DNA from: Octopus vulgaris
Lineage: Eukaryota
Assembly (NCBI GenBank): GCA_951406725.2
Contig: OX597817.1
Span: 116,808,001 to 116,872,000 of the forward strand
DNA: 64,000 nt
Direction of reading: 5' to 3'
Shown here one piece after another: positions 27,805 to 43,450 of the stretch. Position 1 is the stretch's first letter; every line of letters starts with the position of its first letter. Below the pieces are notes generated by a model that did no database searches, was not told the origin of the DNA, and saw nothing but the letters and a program-made list of their open reading frames with translations. The position numbers and the translations under genes were made by a program.

Positions 27805-28170
27805 TCGTGTCTCTTTGTAGCTCACTTCTCTGGCACCTCACCGTTCAAACCGACAGAAATATAAACGCGAATAGGCCAGACATAATATTGAAGGACGTCA
27901 GACAAAGATCATGTCTCCTCATCGATATGACTGTCTCAATCGACATAAATATATCTGTAAAGTCCTGCCAAAAACTGAGCAAGTATAAAATCTTGAAATA
28001 GAAATTGGCAAAATGTGGAACGTCAAGACTTGTTGGTATAGGTGTCTTAGGAATGATAGCAAAATGGGGCTGATTGCTACCAGGAAATCCAAAAATGGCA
28101 GACATTTAAAAAATAGTGCTTATGGGAACTGTCCATATCCTACGTATAATACTGTCTATGGAATCTCAAA
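27805..28170 (+). mobile_element. Dong/R4-type LINE fragment, restriction-like endonuclease region
   Basis: LLWHLTVQTDRNINANRPDIILKD...LIDMTV...KLSKYK (PD-D-K RLE motif); lies next to (AAT)n. Confidence 0.85.
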
Positions 28171-28204
28171 ATTTAAAAACAAAATTGTAATTCAGTTCTA
28201 TATT

Positions 28205-28500
28205 TAAGAGATGAGGAATTATGTACATTAGTTACATTATTTACATTATTTACAATTGATGGATATTTGTCCTCATCTTATTTGTTGTTAACCCAACGTT
28301 TCGGCTGATATACCTTCGAGCCTTCATCAGGTGTCTTGGGGAAATCTAGAACCTGGTTTCTCATTCCTAAGGTATTTTTTGATGTTATTATTATTATTGT
28401 TGTTGTTGTTGTTGTTGTTGTTGCTGTTGTTGTTGTTATAATTATTCTGGTCACTGCCTGGAATCGAACTCGGAATCTTGGAGTTAGTAGCCCGCGCTCT
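28205..28500 (-). mobile_element. tRNA-headed SINE-like element with (AAT/AAC)n linker and HHR-containing tail
   Basis: tRNA-like 28500-28443 (gagttcgattcc B-box); HHR fold at 28334-28291: acac-CTGATGA-a-ggct..agcc-GAAA-cg-TT-gggt. Confidence 0.7.
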
Positions 28501-28507
28501 TATAATA

Positions 28508-28610
<103 letters not shown>

Positions 28611-28611
28611 T

Positions 28612-29015
28612 ATGACCTGATGCAATACCAGGCAGTGGTTCTCGTGGCTTCTGATCTTAACTGTTTGGAAGTGTTATCATATACATTGTTTTCTTTACCC
28701 ACCTATTTTCAGTTTCATGCGTTTTCAATTTCTTGTATAGTGCTTTATCTTTGCAATCTTTCATCAAACGCAAGCCTGGCCTTCTTACTTCTAGTAATAG
28801 CGGTTCTGTGGCATTTTTTACATGCTATGCTATGTTGTTTTCTTCTACTCTAATGCTGTGTTCGTATCCAATAAGTCCTCTTCCCACTCTTTTTCTTGGT
28901 GCATACAGTCTGTCTGTGGCACCTTTTGTGTGGAGTGACCCATATCTAGTTAGCAACATCCTTGTCTTTGTGTTTAAGCTGTTTAGTTTGTCTACTGTCA
29001 ATGCGATTACCCCTG
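28612..29015 (-). mobile_element. Dong/R4-type LINE fragment (post-RT region)
   Basis: KLNSLNTKTRMLLTRYGSLHTKGATDRLYAPRKRVGRGLIG, homologous to the 53040-53150 region; flanked by (AAT)n/(GAT)n. Confidence 0.8.
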
Positions 29016-29067
29016 CTCCATAATAATAATAATGATAATAATAATAATAATAATAATGGTAATGGTA

Positions 29068-29114
<47 letters not shown>

Positions 29115-30460
29115 AATAATAAGGAGAAGAAGATGAAGAAGAAGAACCACAACAATTTCTGTTGTACGTTCAAGGTAGGTAGATTCGTCGAAAGTTTCTA
29201 TATTACTACTGAGCTTGTACGTTACTAGGTGTAAGAGGCCAATTGACCTCAGTAGCATTTAAAATGATAATGCAAAGCACTAGAAATTCCACAAGGTATT
29301 CCTAGTGGTCTGATGATGCTGACAAGCCATCATTACAAATATATACATATTTATACATACACATACACACACATTTAAAATCATGGAACAATAAAAAGAA
29401 ACTCAAACATATTGAATACAGTGTTCAGTGACTTCAAATCCAACATAATTATTAACGCACAAATAAAATCTACTCAATTACTACGAAGAATTATGCTTAT
29501 ATTAATGCACACGCATATGCGTACACGTACAAACGTTTAAACATTGTAGATGATAGCCTGAAGGCGGTCACATAAGATGTTAAAAATCTCATTTGAATTA
29601 TTGTTATATTTCGGAATGGTCATTTGAATTAGCTCTCCATCTTTTAAAAGAGTGGGAAACATTGGTCAATGATAAAGTCATCTAGATATGAAATAAATTT
29701 AGATGTTCTTAGAATTAAAAATATTCTCAATAATGGTCAGTCAGAGGAGATAAGGAGTTAAGTAACAAAAGCAAAATCTCAGGTATTATTTGGAAATTTC
29801 TTTCTTTTAAGTATTGCTTCCTTCATACCATTTCTTTTCTAAATCTGTTGTGAATTTCGATCCTATATTATTCTTGGATTCTTTTATTCAAAATACAGTG
29901 TAAATCAGCCGAATACAAATCTTCATTCGCTGGATATATGACAGAAGATCGGCATAGGTTTAAGAAAATTTATACAAAATCAATTTCAAGAAAAAGAGGA
30001 TTTTATAGTAACAGTGTGCTGATTTCTTTTCGAGAAGTTTGATACTGATCTGAGAAAGAAAACTTTCGTGTTTAAAACTCTAAAATGACCATCCCAAAAT
30101 AAGGGACTTAAAACTTTCGAATAGAAAATACTGATTCTACTCATTAACGGGACAAAAATGAGTAAACTATAACAGTGTTTGAAGGACATAACAATTTTTT
30201 ACATTTAAAAGAAAATATTTTATATTATAATGAAATTACGAATGTATATGAGATTAACAGTAATATTAAAATATTACTTCAACTCATACAAGAAAATAAA
30301 ATCACTTACTACCAATCAGGCGAAGGTTCCCGTACCAGCTCCCCTGCTTGGCAACTTGGGAAAGCGTCTCCTACTGTAATCTCGGACCGACCAAAGCCTT
30401 TACAGGGGACTTAATTGTCGGAAACTGAAAAAATCCCGTCGGATCTATCCATCTCTCTGC

Positions 30461-30572
<112 letters not shown>

Positions 30573-30581
30573 ATCTATCTG

Positions 30582-30641
<60 letters not shown>

Positions 30642-30669
30642 CCTATCTATCTATTTAGCTATCTGCCTG

Positions 30670-31090
30670 AGACATACGTTTGGATGTTATATTTGTGCAT
30701 ATGAATTCATTATAGAAGACTGGATGTTATGTTTTATGATTTGTATTGTTATGTGTTCGGGCGAGGGGTTTACAGGTTGATTAGAGATAAAGTAGAATGG
30801 ATAAATTTATCCATTCTACTTTATCTGTAATCAACATGTAAACACTGAGAATATAACAATACAAATCATAAAACATAGCATCCAGTCTGCTAAAATGAAT
30901 TCATATGCACAAATATAACATCCAAATATATGTCTATTTACTTCTGATGATATTGTACTCATGTCACATTAATGTAAATTTAATGTTTATTGAGCTTGAA
31001 TTGAAACGGCTGGAAGCGAAGGAGACCTATTCGCTGTTAATAATAAACACTTAACTTCCTAATCTCCATTTTCGTTTTTCTTTTCTTTTT
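30670..31090 (+). mobile_element. Spacer-less palindrome (30670-30935) followed by an HHR-like motif (30940-31016); PLE-type footprint
   Basis: Arms of about 130 bp centred on ggataaa|tttatcc at 30805/30806; then CTGATGA, a long hairpin (ctca/tgag, acattaa/ttaatgt) and GAAAC; cleavage-site side degenerate. Confidence 0.7.
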
Positions 31091-31175
31091 TATACACACA
31101 CATATATACACACACTTGTATATACATACATATATATTTACACTACACACACACACATACATACACACACACACG

Positions 31176-31271
<96 letters not shown>

Positions 31272-31512
31272 CAATCACTGATATACACATATTTGTACAT
31301 TTTTACACAATATGTTTGTTCAATCTCGTTTATTATTTTATATACGTTTCTGTATGAATTCTGCGTACACTAACGTATTTCTACGTGTACATCCAATAAA
31401 AGGAGTATTCCTGCTGTATGATAGCTTATGGTAACCAGTGACCATGGGGGAGTTTTCAAATGCACATTATAAACTTATTATCCAGATGACATTAAATATG
31501 TGTATGCTTATG

Positions 31513-31583
<71 letters not shown>

Positions 31584-31596
31584 GTCTATCTATCTA

Positions 31597-31639
<43 letters not shown>

Positions 31640-33171
31640 AAACAAAATTTAATCATTGTACAAACGATCTTTAGTGGGTATAGTTTTATTTTGCCCCATA
31701 CACAACGGATGTTTCTTTCATGTCCATACATGCATTTAAGGTCAGCTTCGTCATCTTTCAAGAAGAAAGGAAAGCAGGGAAGTAGCGAGTTAAATCGAAT
31801 ATCCACAGAAGAATTTGTGCACCAAAATGAACTCATGACATCAATGGTTAAATTATCAAATACATATTTCAGGAAATTTTTTCTCGTTCCTCAAAAATAA
31901 GTTCGTGATCACGTGAAATACGTTTGCAAATGTCGAATACACACACATACACACACACATAAACGCACACACATACAAACACACACATACACACTCATAT
32001 ACACACCCATGCTTATACTATATATGTATATATATATGCATGTTTGCGAGCGCGTGTATACGTATATGTGTGATTATATGCATGTGTATATATATATATA
32101 TATACATGCATGCATATGTGTGTGTGTGTGTGCGTGTTTGTACTGTGAGGTATATATACACTGATACATAACACATAAGATACATAGAAAAATCCATACA
32201 TACGTACATATGTACAAACATATTTCTCTCTGTTATCACTGTGTCGACCAGATTATCAGATATTGTTGTAGCCGCTAGTCACAGTGCGCTTCTAGTTCCC
32301 TGTTGATTGCGCTGTTTTTCTATCTTAACTGAAATCATGCACGTAAATTCTATTCCCATCGTCGTTGCTACTTACTGGTGGCCTTTTACCGTCCCTTAGA
32401 TACTTTTTTCAACTGCATACGTTCACCTGTTGTCTGTGAACTTTGCAACATTTCATGATTTATAAAATATACCTTACACTGTATTGAATACCGCTTTCAG
32501 GAATAACTAAATGATTTTGCACCTAAGTTCACATGCGCATAATAGTGCAGTTTTACCTTTATATCAGCAGTTTTATTGCTCCGTTGATTTAAATAACAGC
32601 TTGGCTTCTGTTTGTACAGGTGCTAACAAATGCAGTTAGTGTACAAACATTTTCTGGGGTATTTGACTTACAGAAGCGAACAGTTTGGGGAGTAGTTATG
32701 TTGTAAAACTTTATTTATTTTAATATCTTGCTCGATTTTATATTCAAAGTCTTCTTTTTTGTATTACCATCATTTGTACAACAAGGTATATATATCATTG
32801 CACTAAATGGAGTTCTTTTAATATTTGTAGACGATTCAATCAAATTCATTACTTAAACGAAAGTTACTACTTTCGTTTTAACTTCGAAATATTTATGACA
32901 ATTTTATAACACATCATTTCCGGAAATATTAAATTTGAATAGGTGATGTGAATAATCTTCGAAAACATTTCGCATTAGTGTCCTTGCTACGTCAGCTGTT
33001 GTTATGAGTAATATGATTCTGTGGTGCGTATATACGCATGCATGTATGCATGTGTGTGTGTATATATGTAGATATAGATATATACACGCATAAACATATA
33101 TATATAATATTTATATGTATGAATATATGTGTGTATAATTGTGAGTGAGCGGGTACATATATATATATATT

Positions 33172-33242
33172 CTTTTATTTTTTATTTGCTTCAGTCATTT
33201 GACTGCGGGCATGCTGGAGCACCGCCTTTTGTCGAGTAAATA

Positions 33243-33297
<55 letters not shown>

Positions 33298-33460
33298 GAT
33301 GGGTTTCTTTCAGTATCTGTTTGCTATATCCACTCGCAAAACGTTGGTCGGCCCGAGGCTATAGTAGAGGACACTTGCCCAAGTTGCCAGGCAGTGGGAC
33401 TGAACCCGGAGCCATTTGGTTGGTAAACAAGCTACTTCTCACCCAGCCACTCCTGCGTCT
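33172..33460 (-). mobile_element. SINE family A
   Basis: Reverse-complement head at 33296-33460 and tail ttcagtcatttgactgcgg.catgctggagcaccgcc. Confidence 0.85.
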
Positions 33461-34649
33461 ATATATAGATATATGTGTGTGCGTTTGTGTATATATTTAT
33501 ATATGCATGTATGTATATATGTATAGTTTTATGTATTTATGTATATGAACTCAACAGGATTACGGCCATCTAAATTATGTTCATCAGTTGCTGAATGAAT
33601 TGCGGCATGCGGGCTCAGACAGAATACCAACTGTGCCTCTTCTTGCAGGCTATTGCTTTATAGCTTCCGTTGCAGCTGTTCATGTCGCTCTGTACATTCT
33701 TGATTATGTTTAGAGAGCATTGAGCAGCTCTCATGATGACGGCATTTTGACACCCGTCGAGAATTATCACGATACATGTAACTCTTTTCCAAAATTCAGA
33801 TGGATTCCAGTTCTCCTTGTCAACTAATATTTACTCAACTACAACTCTATTCTTTATATTTTCCAACGCCGTTAACATTTCAGGACTACATTAAGCCGTT
33901 CTTGAAAAAAAAAGTAATAATGGAGACACAAATATCTTCAAATGTAGCCAGAACATTCTGAGAGATACTATCTGCCTTGCATAGTATTTATTTCGCGGTC
34001 GAAGCATTGACGCTGGATAGAACAGCATTAGAATCCTTAGAGGTATATTCATTTTGAATATGTTTACTACGTAAGTTAGGACAGTCTTGCAATAAGTGAG
34101 GATATAAGACATTGCATAATGTTTTTCTTTATTTTATGATATGTATTTTGTGCCCCATGTCAATATATACTTTAAATCTAATTGTTTATCAAATTTATCT
34201 CTTTTCTCTCTTTCTCTCTGACCCTCTCTGTCTGCCTGTCTGTCTCTTTATTTCTTTCTCTCTCTCTCTCTCTCTCTCTCTTTCTCCCCCTCTCTCTCTC
34301 TCTCTACACACACACATATTATAGAGTCATGGCTGAGGATTTTGGCAAAAGCTTTATTTTGCCCCCAAAATATATTAATTAATTATTTATATATTATTAA
34401 TTATTAGTTTGTAAGCGATGCCAACTTGAAATCATGAATAAGAATGTGATATCCACTTGTAGGAAATATATCCAATCCCGCGAACTGATGATTATTTGCA
34501 ATATCTATTGATTTTCTACAGTTTTCTTTCAAATCTTATTGTATAACAACCTGTTAAAAGAATATTAAATCATTGACATTCACGTGATATTTCACACGAA
34601 ATAGCAGAAAAAAATAGTGTTTGCTAAAATCATTGCCCATGACTTATAT

Positions 34650-35400
34650 CCTTTTATATAAACTGTCAAACTTAACCCGATCACCCTGTATATAGATGTC
34701 TTGTTACAACCTCACGTTTCCACCAAGCTTGTGTCGATATAAGGTGTAAATAAACCTCACGGAACTTTTAGTTGCACACCAGAGCTCCTACTCAAGTGAG
34801 ACATTCAAAGATCCAGAGCATATTCTATTCTTTATCTCCCCTATAATGCTAACCTTCGAGTTATCAAATTATGTTGCCAGGAATTCCTAAAAATATTACC
34901 CCTAATCAGACCGCTTTGCTTAATCGGCTCTGTGACGTAATCTTCACGTAACAGCTAAAAATTCTATAGCACCTTTGCTCATTAGGTAAAACAATTAAAA
35001 CTTCTCATCTGAGCTAAAGTTCTTTTTACTCAGTGTAATTTTTTGTCGTACTATTTCCTCTCCATAATCACAACGATTAATTTTCCCTCTCCTTGGCGTC
35101 AGCTGCCTTTCTAATTTTTACTACTTCATTATCTGAGAACGAGCACTATTATGCCGACTTCCGCCATTACTTCGGTCAATTATTAATTTTATCTTCTTTA
35201 TATGTAGACTTTTTCAAGCAGTAAGTTGATCTCGTGTTGCCCCTTATTACCCGCACTGATTCACTATTTCCATCCGATTCCCCCAAACCCTACTCCTCTC
35301 TCTTCTATTTAAGCCTTTATTTTTCTAAAAGCTACTAAGCAACTCGCATTTCTCACTCAACTCTGGAAAAGGAAGGCCTAACGTACATTCACAATTTTAT
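34650..35400 (-). mobile_element. Very decayed retroelement, possibly PLE reverse transcriptase N-terminal region
   Basis: KIRKAADAK...IVVIMERK*YDKK at about 35118-35040 resembles the PLE K.ADKG..VVIM...Y motif; frameshifted. Confidence 0.3.
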
Positions 35401-35693
35401 CTAGACTTGCTGGTCACGTACCTATGGTAATATGCACATATCATGAACATGACTATTATGTAAGTTATGGCCATCTTCAAACATATTTTCTTATTTTTTA
35501 AATATTCACTTTTGTACTCCATGTTAATACATATCTGAAGTCTCATTGTATTTCTCTACGTTACCACCTCAATAACAGCTCCACTAGGATTTCATTTATA
35601 GCTACTTCCGATGGCAATGCACCGGCTTTGGATGATGTGAAAGTTGAAGTTGACATCTCTTTGAACATAATATATCTGCATATACACATATGT

Positions 35694-36000
35694 GGAGGCG
35701 CAATGGCCCAGTGGTTAGGGTAGCGGACTCACGGTCGTAGGATCGCAGTTTCGATTCCCAGACCGGGCGTTGTGAGTGTTTATTGAGCGAAAACACCTAA
35801 AAGCTCCACGAGGCTCCGGCAGGGGGTGGTGATCCCTGCTGTACTCTTTCACCACTCTTTCTCTCACCCTTTCTTCTGTTGGCCTGCTCGCTTAGCCAGC
35901 GGGGTAGCGTCATTCGAAGGCTAAAAACAATGCGAACGCATTGTGATCAGCGATGTGTAGCAACATCTGATGGACTGGTCGGTCACGTGATCACGTGATA
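35694..36000 (+). mobile_element. SINE family B, tail type 2
   Basis: Same head as 16882/58453; different tail ggcctgctcgcttagccagcgggg...ggtcacgtgat. Confidence 0.9.
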
Positions 36001-36640
36001 TACACATATACATGTATTTGTCTGTGTGTGTCTTTGTGTGGCTGTGACTGTGTATGTATATTTTTTTGTAGTCTAATTTCAAACACAGGAAAATTTACTA
36101 TGAAATGAAAAAGTGCTTTATATGTAATTTTTTTTTTTTTTATTTTTGTCAATTGCAATGTTATATTAAATATAGTTATTCTGTAACATTCTTCATATAG
36201 GTCACGGGGAAAGTTTATTCTGTTTTCTGCTACAAAAGTGATAATTTGAAAACCCTTCCAATGCCATTGATGCTGCAAGTTGTTAACAGCAGAGCTAAAC
36301 CTTCAACTGGATCTTTTTTCATAGTGATACACATATAACTTTAATTTTAGCAAGTCTTTTATAATTTTACGCAAAATATGCAAAATAAGAAAAGCACACA
36401 CGCGCATGTTAACAAATAGGCCAATGTTTTACATAAGTGTTTGAAAGTTTTCCATTTACTTGAATATGGAGTTAAACATTTAATATATAGAGAATACTGG
36501 AAATTGCATGTGAATGCATTTCATATAAACGGTTAAAATTAAGTACATTAATATTTGAAGTGTCATGTACATACATAATTGAATGTGCTGTGTGTGTTTG
36601 TGTGTGCGTGTGTATGTGTGTGTGCGAGAGACAGATAGAT

Positions 36641-36685
<45 letters not shown>

Positions 36686-38067
36686 TAAATGTGAAGTTTC
36701 AATATGAAGTGAGCCAACACACTTCTTTTAACAGAAACTAAGAACCAAATAAGAACTTTGGAAAAATCCAGGAAATTCTTTTCTTTTTCAAATTAGTTTT
36801 CTGTAAATGGCATATGCTGTGAGAAATATTACATGGGAAAAGTTAGAATTTGACGACATATTCCATGGAATATGTTCAACTTATTCTGCTACTACAAATC
36901 AATTACCACACGCATGCGTAGAGTAGTCCTTGAAAGTGAATAGGTCCACAGTTTAGTATTTAGATATTTAAATTCACTATATTTCGTGATGCCCTAGTTT
37001 TGAGAAAAGAATGGAAACTCAGTTGGCTCGGTTGCCTCATTTTCTTAAGAAGCACAACGACATTTCATGGAAGGATATCGAAGGCTTCATATCTGGCTCG
37101 TGCAACAAGTTTTTTCAGGCATAACGTAACCGTTTCTGTTTTTAAATTATGAAACTGCTCACTGTGATGTACAATTTCATTTCAGATAAAACCTGAAATT
37201 ATGAAGAAATGGGATGGACAACGGTGCTTCTAATTGAGTAGAACCAGTGGAAGCTGTAGCATCATCAGATAGGGGAAGTAGTGATTATCAGCTATGTAAA
37301 CAGCACTGCATGGAACATTTTAATCCTAAATTTGAGATTTTCCTTCTCTGTGTCTCTTTACTATTTTTTTACTATGCAACACTTCTCATAAAGTGAGTGG
37401 TGGGGGAAGAATATTCCCGCTTTTACTCGATTGTAGTACTTGATGACCATGTGTGATACATCAGTAGAGAAGTTATTAGCTCTTTCTGAGAAAATGGAGT
37501 GCATTTATGTTGTTTCACCACGTTTTTGACACAAGATGCAATCCCCCGATTGGGCGGTTTTGGTCCTTAGGATAAATATCAAGTACAACGCGCGAAATAT
37601 CGAAAAGATTGGGAAAACTGACGATATATAAAAAGCCGTGAAGTTGTAGATGTGGCATTTATTGAACTATTATTTTTGCCTGCATTGAAAGCAATGTTTA
37701 AAATCGTCAGTCTTGTAGACGAATGATCACTAGAGGACACAAATAATGGAGTCTTTTAAGTGAGGGCGTTTTTCCCATGTGGATTTACATGCATTTTAAA
37801 TGCAGAAATATGTAGGCCTATATACACACAATTAGATGAGTTTCTCTCACTTGAGGTCAAAAAGCCTATTGAAAATTTGGTTATTATGTTACAGAATATT
37901 CGAAAATCATACGCTTTACAACAAAGATGGTCACTGTTGCTAGCTTTTTTATTAATGACCCATACATAAACGGGCTGTGATGACCTGCTTGTACATAAAT
38001 AGGAGAACTTCCTTTATAAACTGTCTTTCCTGACTCAATCATACATACGCATGTACATGTGTGTAGG

Positions 38068-38159
<92 letters not shown>

Positions 38160-39601
38160 CATATATATACATGCATACATGCATACAGATAGATAGATAG
38201 CTAAATAAATGATAAGCAATAGAATGAACATTCTTCATTTAAGACCACTACAATTGTTTCGACACATTTCTATACACGCTGTATATTAGTGAGATGGTAT
38301 GTAATCAGTAAGTTGCATACAAGGTGTAAAATACACCTCCACTGAATAAGTAATTCGTTAGCTCCTACCGTCATTTCACTCAGTGTTAGAATGCATACCA
38401 AATGTAATATGTCATTTTACGTAGCTTGCGGTCAAAACTGAACCCATATGTATAGTGACAGACAAAATACAATTATAATCAAAATACAAAATTTAAAAAA
38501 AGAAAGAAAAGAAATGAAGGAATAGATGTCTGGTTGACTATTAATCAGAACACTATTTAGTATTACATGGCCAGAATATAAGGATGAAACTGCAAATCAG
38601 AATGAAGAAACATTTAGAGAAAATGAAGTGATAACTTATTAGCTTTTTCTTTGTTTCAATGGATGATGTAATTTACCCTCTGTTTCTCACGAAACTGTTT
38701 CACACACCCATTTCACATACACGTACATCTTATACTTTCTCCTCTTTTTTACTTTCTCCTCTCACTTTAAAACAAATGTCGCCTTTTCACTTTATCCTCT
38801 CTTTCAGTTTCTGCTCTCTTCAAAGCAAACAGAAATTAACATAATTTTACGGAAATTAATGAACAATCATATGATCCCATATATGTCGTGTCGACAACTT
38901 TACTTCTTCAAATGAAAGAATGCCATAAAATAACTTCCTTTGACACACACATATGCATACACACACTCTAGGTAAAACTTCTGTGCAAATTATGTTAATT
39001 CTTGCAGTGTGCACGTGCAAATATACAGCTCAAAACCAACTGAAACGATCTTTTTTCTATTGTGTAATTTGTGTTTGTGATGAGCGTATTTAAAAATCTG
39101 ATCTTGTATATAAGCTAAAAAGGAATTTTTCCCAGAAATCCTGTCCTGTACGTCTTCTTTCTAGCATGTTTGAGGTGAAATTCCCCCCCCCCACACTTAT
39201 TTTTTTCCTAAATTCTTTTCTATTCCTATGTTTGCGATACAAGAGATTAAGATTTCACCCACAAAATACGTTCTCAATAATTTAATTTTCTCCCTCTCCA
39301 CACCAAATTAATTTTTCTTGTTTAAAATTTATATTCTTCGTAATCCGTCCAGAAAAAAACAGAGAATACAAATTTTACCCATCGCATCACTTTCAAAAAG
39401 CTATACACTCCCAATGTTTCACTTTAACTTTCTGGAATGCAGCGAAGTTTCCTCAGAAGTAATGTCGTTTACCTGTTGTTTCTAGCATGTCGGGTTTTCT
39501 GGTGGTGGATTGTTATTTTTAAAGTTTACAATTTCAGTGAAAGATTGGGAGATTTTAGCTATTTGAAAGCTTGTAGGTGATGGGTGAGCGAGGTGTATAT
39601 A

Positions 39602-40645
<1,044 letters not shown>

Positions 40646-41029
40646 TTCCCAGATTCGTAATCGCTGTATATTTCTACGTAGATAACAAAAAAAAAATTGA
40701 ATAAGTTATAAATTAAGAAATTGCGGTGGCGATAGAGTGAAATTAAAATTTTGAAAACTTGATTTGTGGACAAAATCGTATTAACCCCCTTTTATGCGAT
40801 GAAACAATACATAGCTTCTGATCCTGCTTAAGAACAGAAAACATTTTCATGCAAACCCATGCAAACTGTACCATTGCCCTTCACTATTAAACAAAAAATA
40901 ACTTCCACTATTTCATTATCTAAATATCAGCTATGACGATTCTGCCCATAAGAAAGGAGCAAATAAAACAATGTTGTTTTAGGTCAAAACGTTAATACAC
41001 AAAGTGAACAACTGAAATATAATCGATGG

Positions 41030-42152
41030 GTAGGACTGCATACTTTAGTATTTAGTTGACATACCCTTTTTACTGTTTTTAATTCAGAAGCTCTTTTTGG
41101 CATTGAACTGATAAGATCTGGAATTCCTGCCCACTTTTCACGCAACAATCGAAACAATTCATCTTTAGATTAAAATTATTGTTGAATTTTTCGTATAGCT
41201 CTATTTAGTATGATCCAAAGATTTTAAGTTGGGTTCATGTCAGGAGATTGTCTCGGCCAAGGAAGCTTTTTGATCTCATTTTCAGTCAGCCATTGTTGAT
41301 TCCTTTTCGCTGTGTGGCATGGAGCCCCATCTTCCATGAATAAAAACTAATTTTTCATCATGTTATAGTGTGAATACATCATATGTAATCCTTGCTTAAG
41401 TTTATGGTTCCAATTCATTCGATCAGCTCTGAACGACCGTTGCTGGTGACAGTTCTCCATACCATTACAGAGATACCTCCATGTTTCACAGTTGGTTGGA
41501 TTCGTTTCAAATCAAACTTTTGGTTGGGAAGCCTCCAGATCCAAGCACGTCCACTGTTTGAAAATAATGCAAATCTGGATTCATCTGAGAAAATCACTCT
41601 AACCCAAACTGAACTGGATTTTTCTGACATCTCCTTAGCCCATTGCTTTCTCTCCATGATATTAATTGGTTGAAGAAGAGGTTTTCTTCTAGCTGTTCGT
41701 CCATAATACCCAATCATATGCAGATATGTAACACACGTTCTTGGACTAACTTCTAGCTGTTTTGCAGTGTGAGAAGCCTTCGGGATTCGTTTTCCACAAT
41801 TCTCTTCAAACAGCAAAGAATAATTTCCGAGGGCCCGTGTTGACCGGGACGAGCATCCGTTGATTCTTTTCCTTGGCTTTTGAATTGCACTATAATTCTA
41901 TTAACAGTAGCAAGAAGAATTTGAAGATTTTCGGCAATTTTTCGCTGGCTAAGACAAGCTTCTTTTAAAATCTGACAGTTCTGCTGAATATTTTGTACGT
42001 GTCATTGTTACTCTTTGCAAAGGTTTAATATAGTGGCACCTGGAATGAAAAAGAATAAATATATTGGAAATTCTACACTGGTGAAAACATTAAGAGGCTT
42101 AGATGAGAAATTTTGAAAATAAAGGTGTCTATTTACTTCCTGCATGTCTGTG
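41030..42152 (-). mobile_element. Tc1-type transposon, transposase pseudogene
   Basis: ORF 41816-41415 has ARRKPLL...VIFSDESRF...TVKHGGISVMVW; downstream FMEDGAPCHTA and WPRQSPDMNP in broken frames. Confidence 0.9.
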
Positions 42153-42328
42153 TATATATACTCGATGTGCAAGTCGGTTGGTGGGGGCTAGTCCTTAACC
42201 TTCAAAGACATACCACATGTATGTGTGCGCTAGAAGTTTCACACTGGTGGATAGTTGTATAAAGATACAATGTTAGTATAACATTTAATATAAAATTCAT
42301 ATGAAAAATTTAAAGGTAGACAGGTTTG

Positions 42329-42394
<66 letters not shown>

Positions 42395-43380
42395 TGAAAA
42401 TCAGTCTATCTTTAAAATTATAACTACACTATTAAAAACTACGCGTGCGCGCGTTTGTGTGTTACTGTAGATACATGCATTTATGTATGTATATATGTCC
42501 ATATACACATACATTTATATGGAGGAGAAACAAAATTGTGTAGCTAATGTTTGGTTGCAGAATTGCAAGTACATGAATCATTAAAAATTTCCATTGATTA
42601 ATGATTATATCAACCTTAATTTTTAGCATCGATCAAATATTTGATGCTGTTCATAATTTCTTTCATTGAAACGATCAATTAACTTTGCAGTTAAAGTTGT
42701 CTGCTCCAGCGTTGAAAGCGTCTGTTTGAGACCCTTCACGTATATGCAAACATAAATCTAATTTATAGCAGTTACTCTTCTCACTTTACGATAAAGCGAT
42801 ATATATATATGTATATACATGTATGTATGTATGTTGTTTCATGGACCACTCAATTCCTTCTTGCAAGTATCTCATGGCTGCATCAGTTAATTCCATTCAT
42901 CTCTTGCACGATTTCCTGATCCTGTGTCCTCATGCATGCGTTTCTACGCCATTTCTGACATTTAGTTCCATACTCACAGTTACAGTGATCGACCTAGCTT
43001 TGAACACTTCCTTCTCATTCCATCTGCTTCTGTACTTGTTACATATGTCGGTCATTGTTCACTTCCTCACAAAGCTATTAAATCTCACATTATTTACGTT
43101 TCTTCACAATGTCCCTTTTCCTAAGTTGTGTCTCATTCACCATCACCCACATTACTCCCCTATATTATTCTTTTTATCATACATAAAATTTCGACCAGAG
43201 CAATATATTAAGAAATATTTTCTCTCCGAATAAAGACTTATACCTGAAACTTTACTTCTTGCGAGAAAACAATGCAGTCAAAGGTTTCATGAAAGCTTAA
43301 TCGTGTAGAAGACAAACCAAATACACACACAAAAACAGATACACTTTGATATAGGCACATACATATATGTATATATATAT

Positions 43381-43425
<45 letters not shown>

Positions 43426-43450
43426 TAATATATAAATATATATATATATA

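Noticed and set aside
28443-28500. tRNA gene calls for SINE heads (also 16882, 23155, 35694, 58453, 59593)
   Set aside because: No complete cloverleaf or acceptor stem; each continues into a repeat body.
38245-38265. GAAACAATTGTAGTGG (minus), identical to the 3' half of the 56 kb hammerhead
   Set aside because: No core or stem I 5' strand found upstream; probably a PLE remnant but not callable as a ribozyme.
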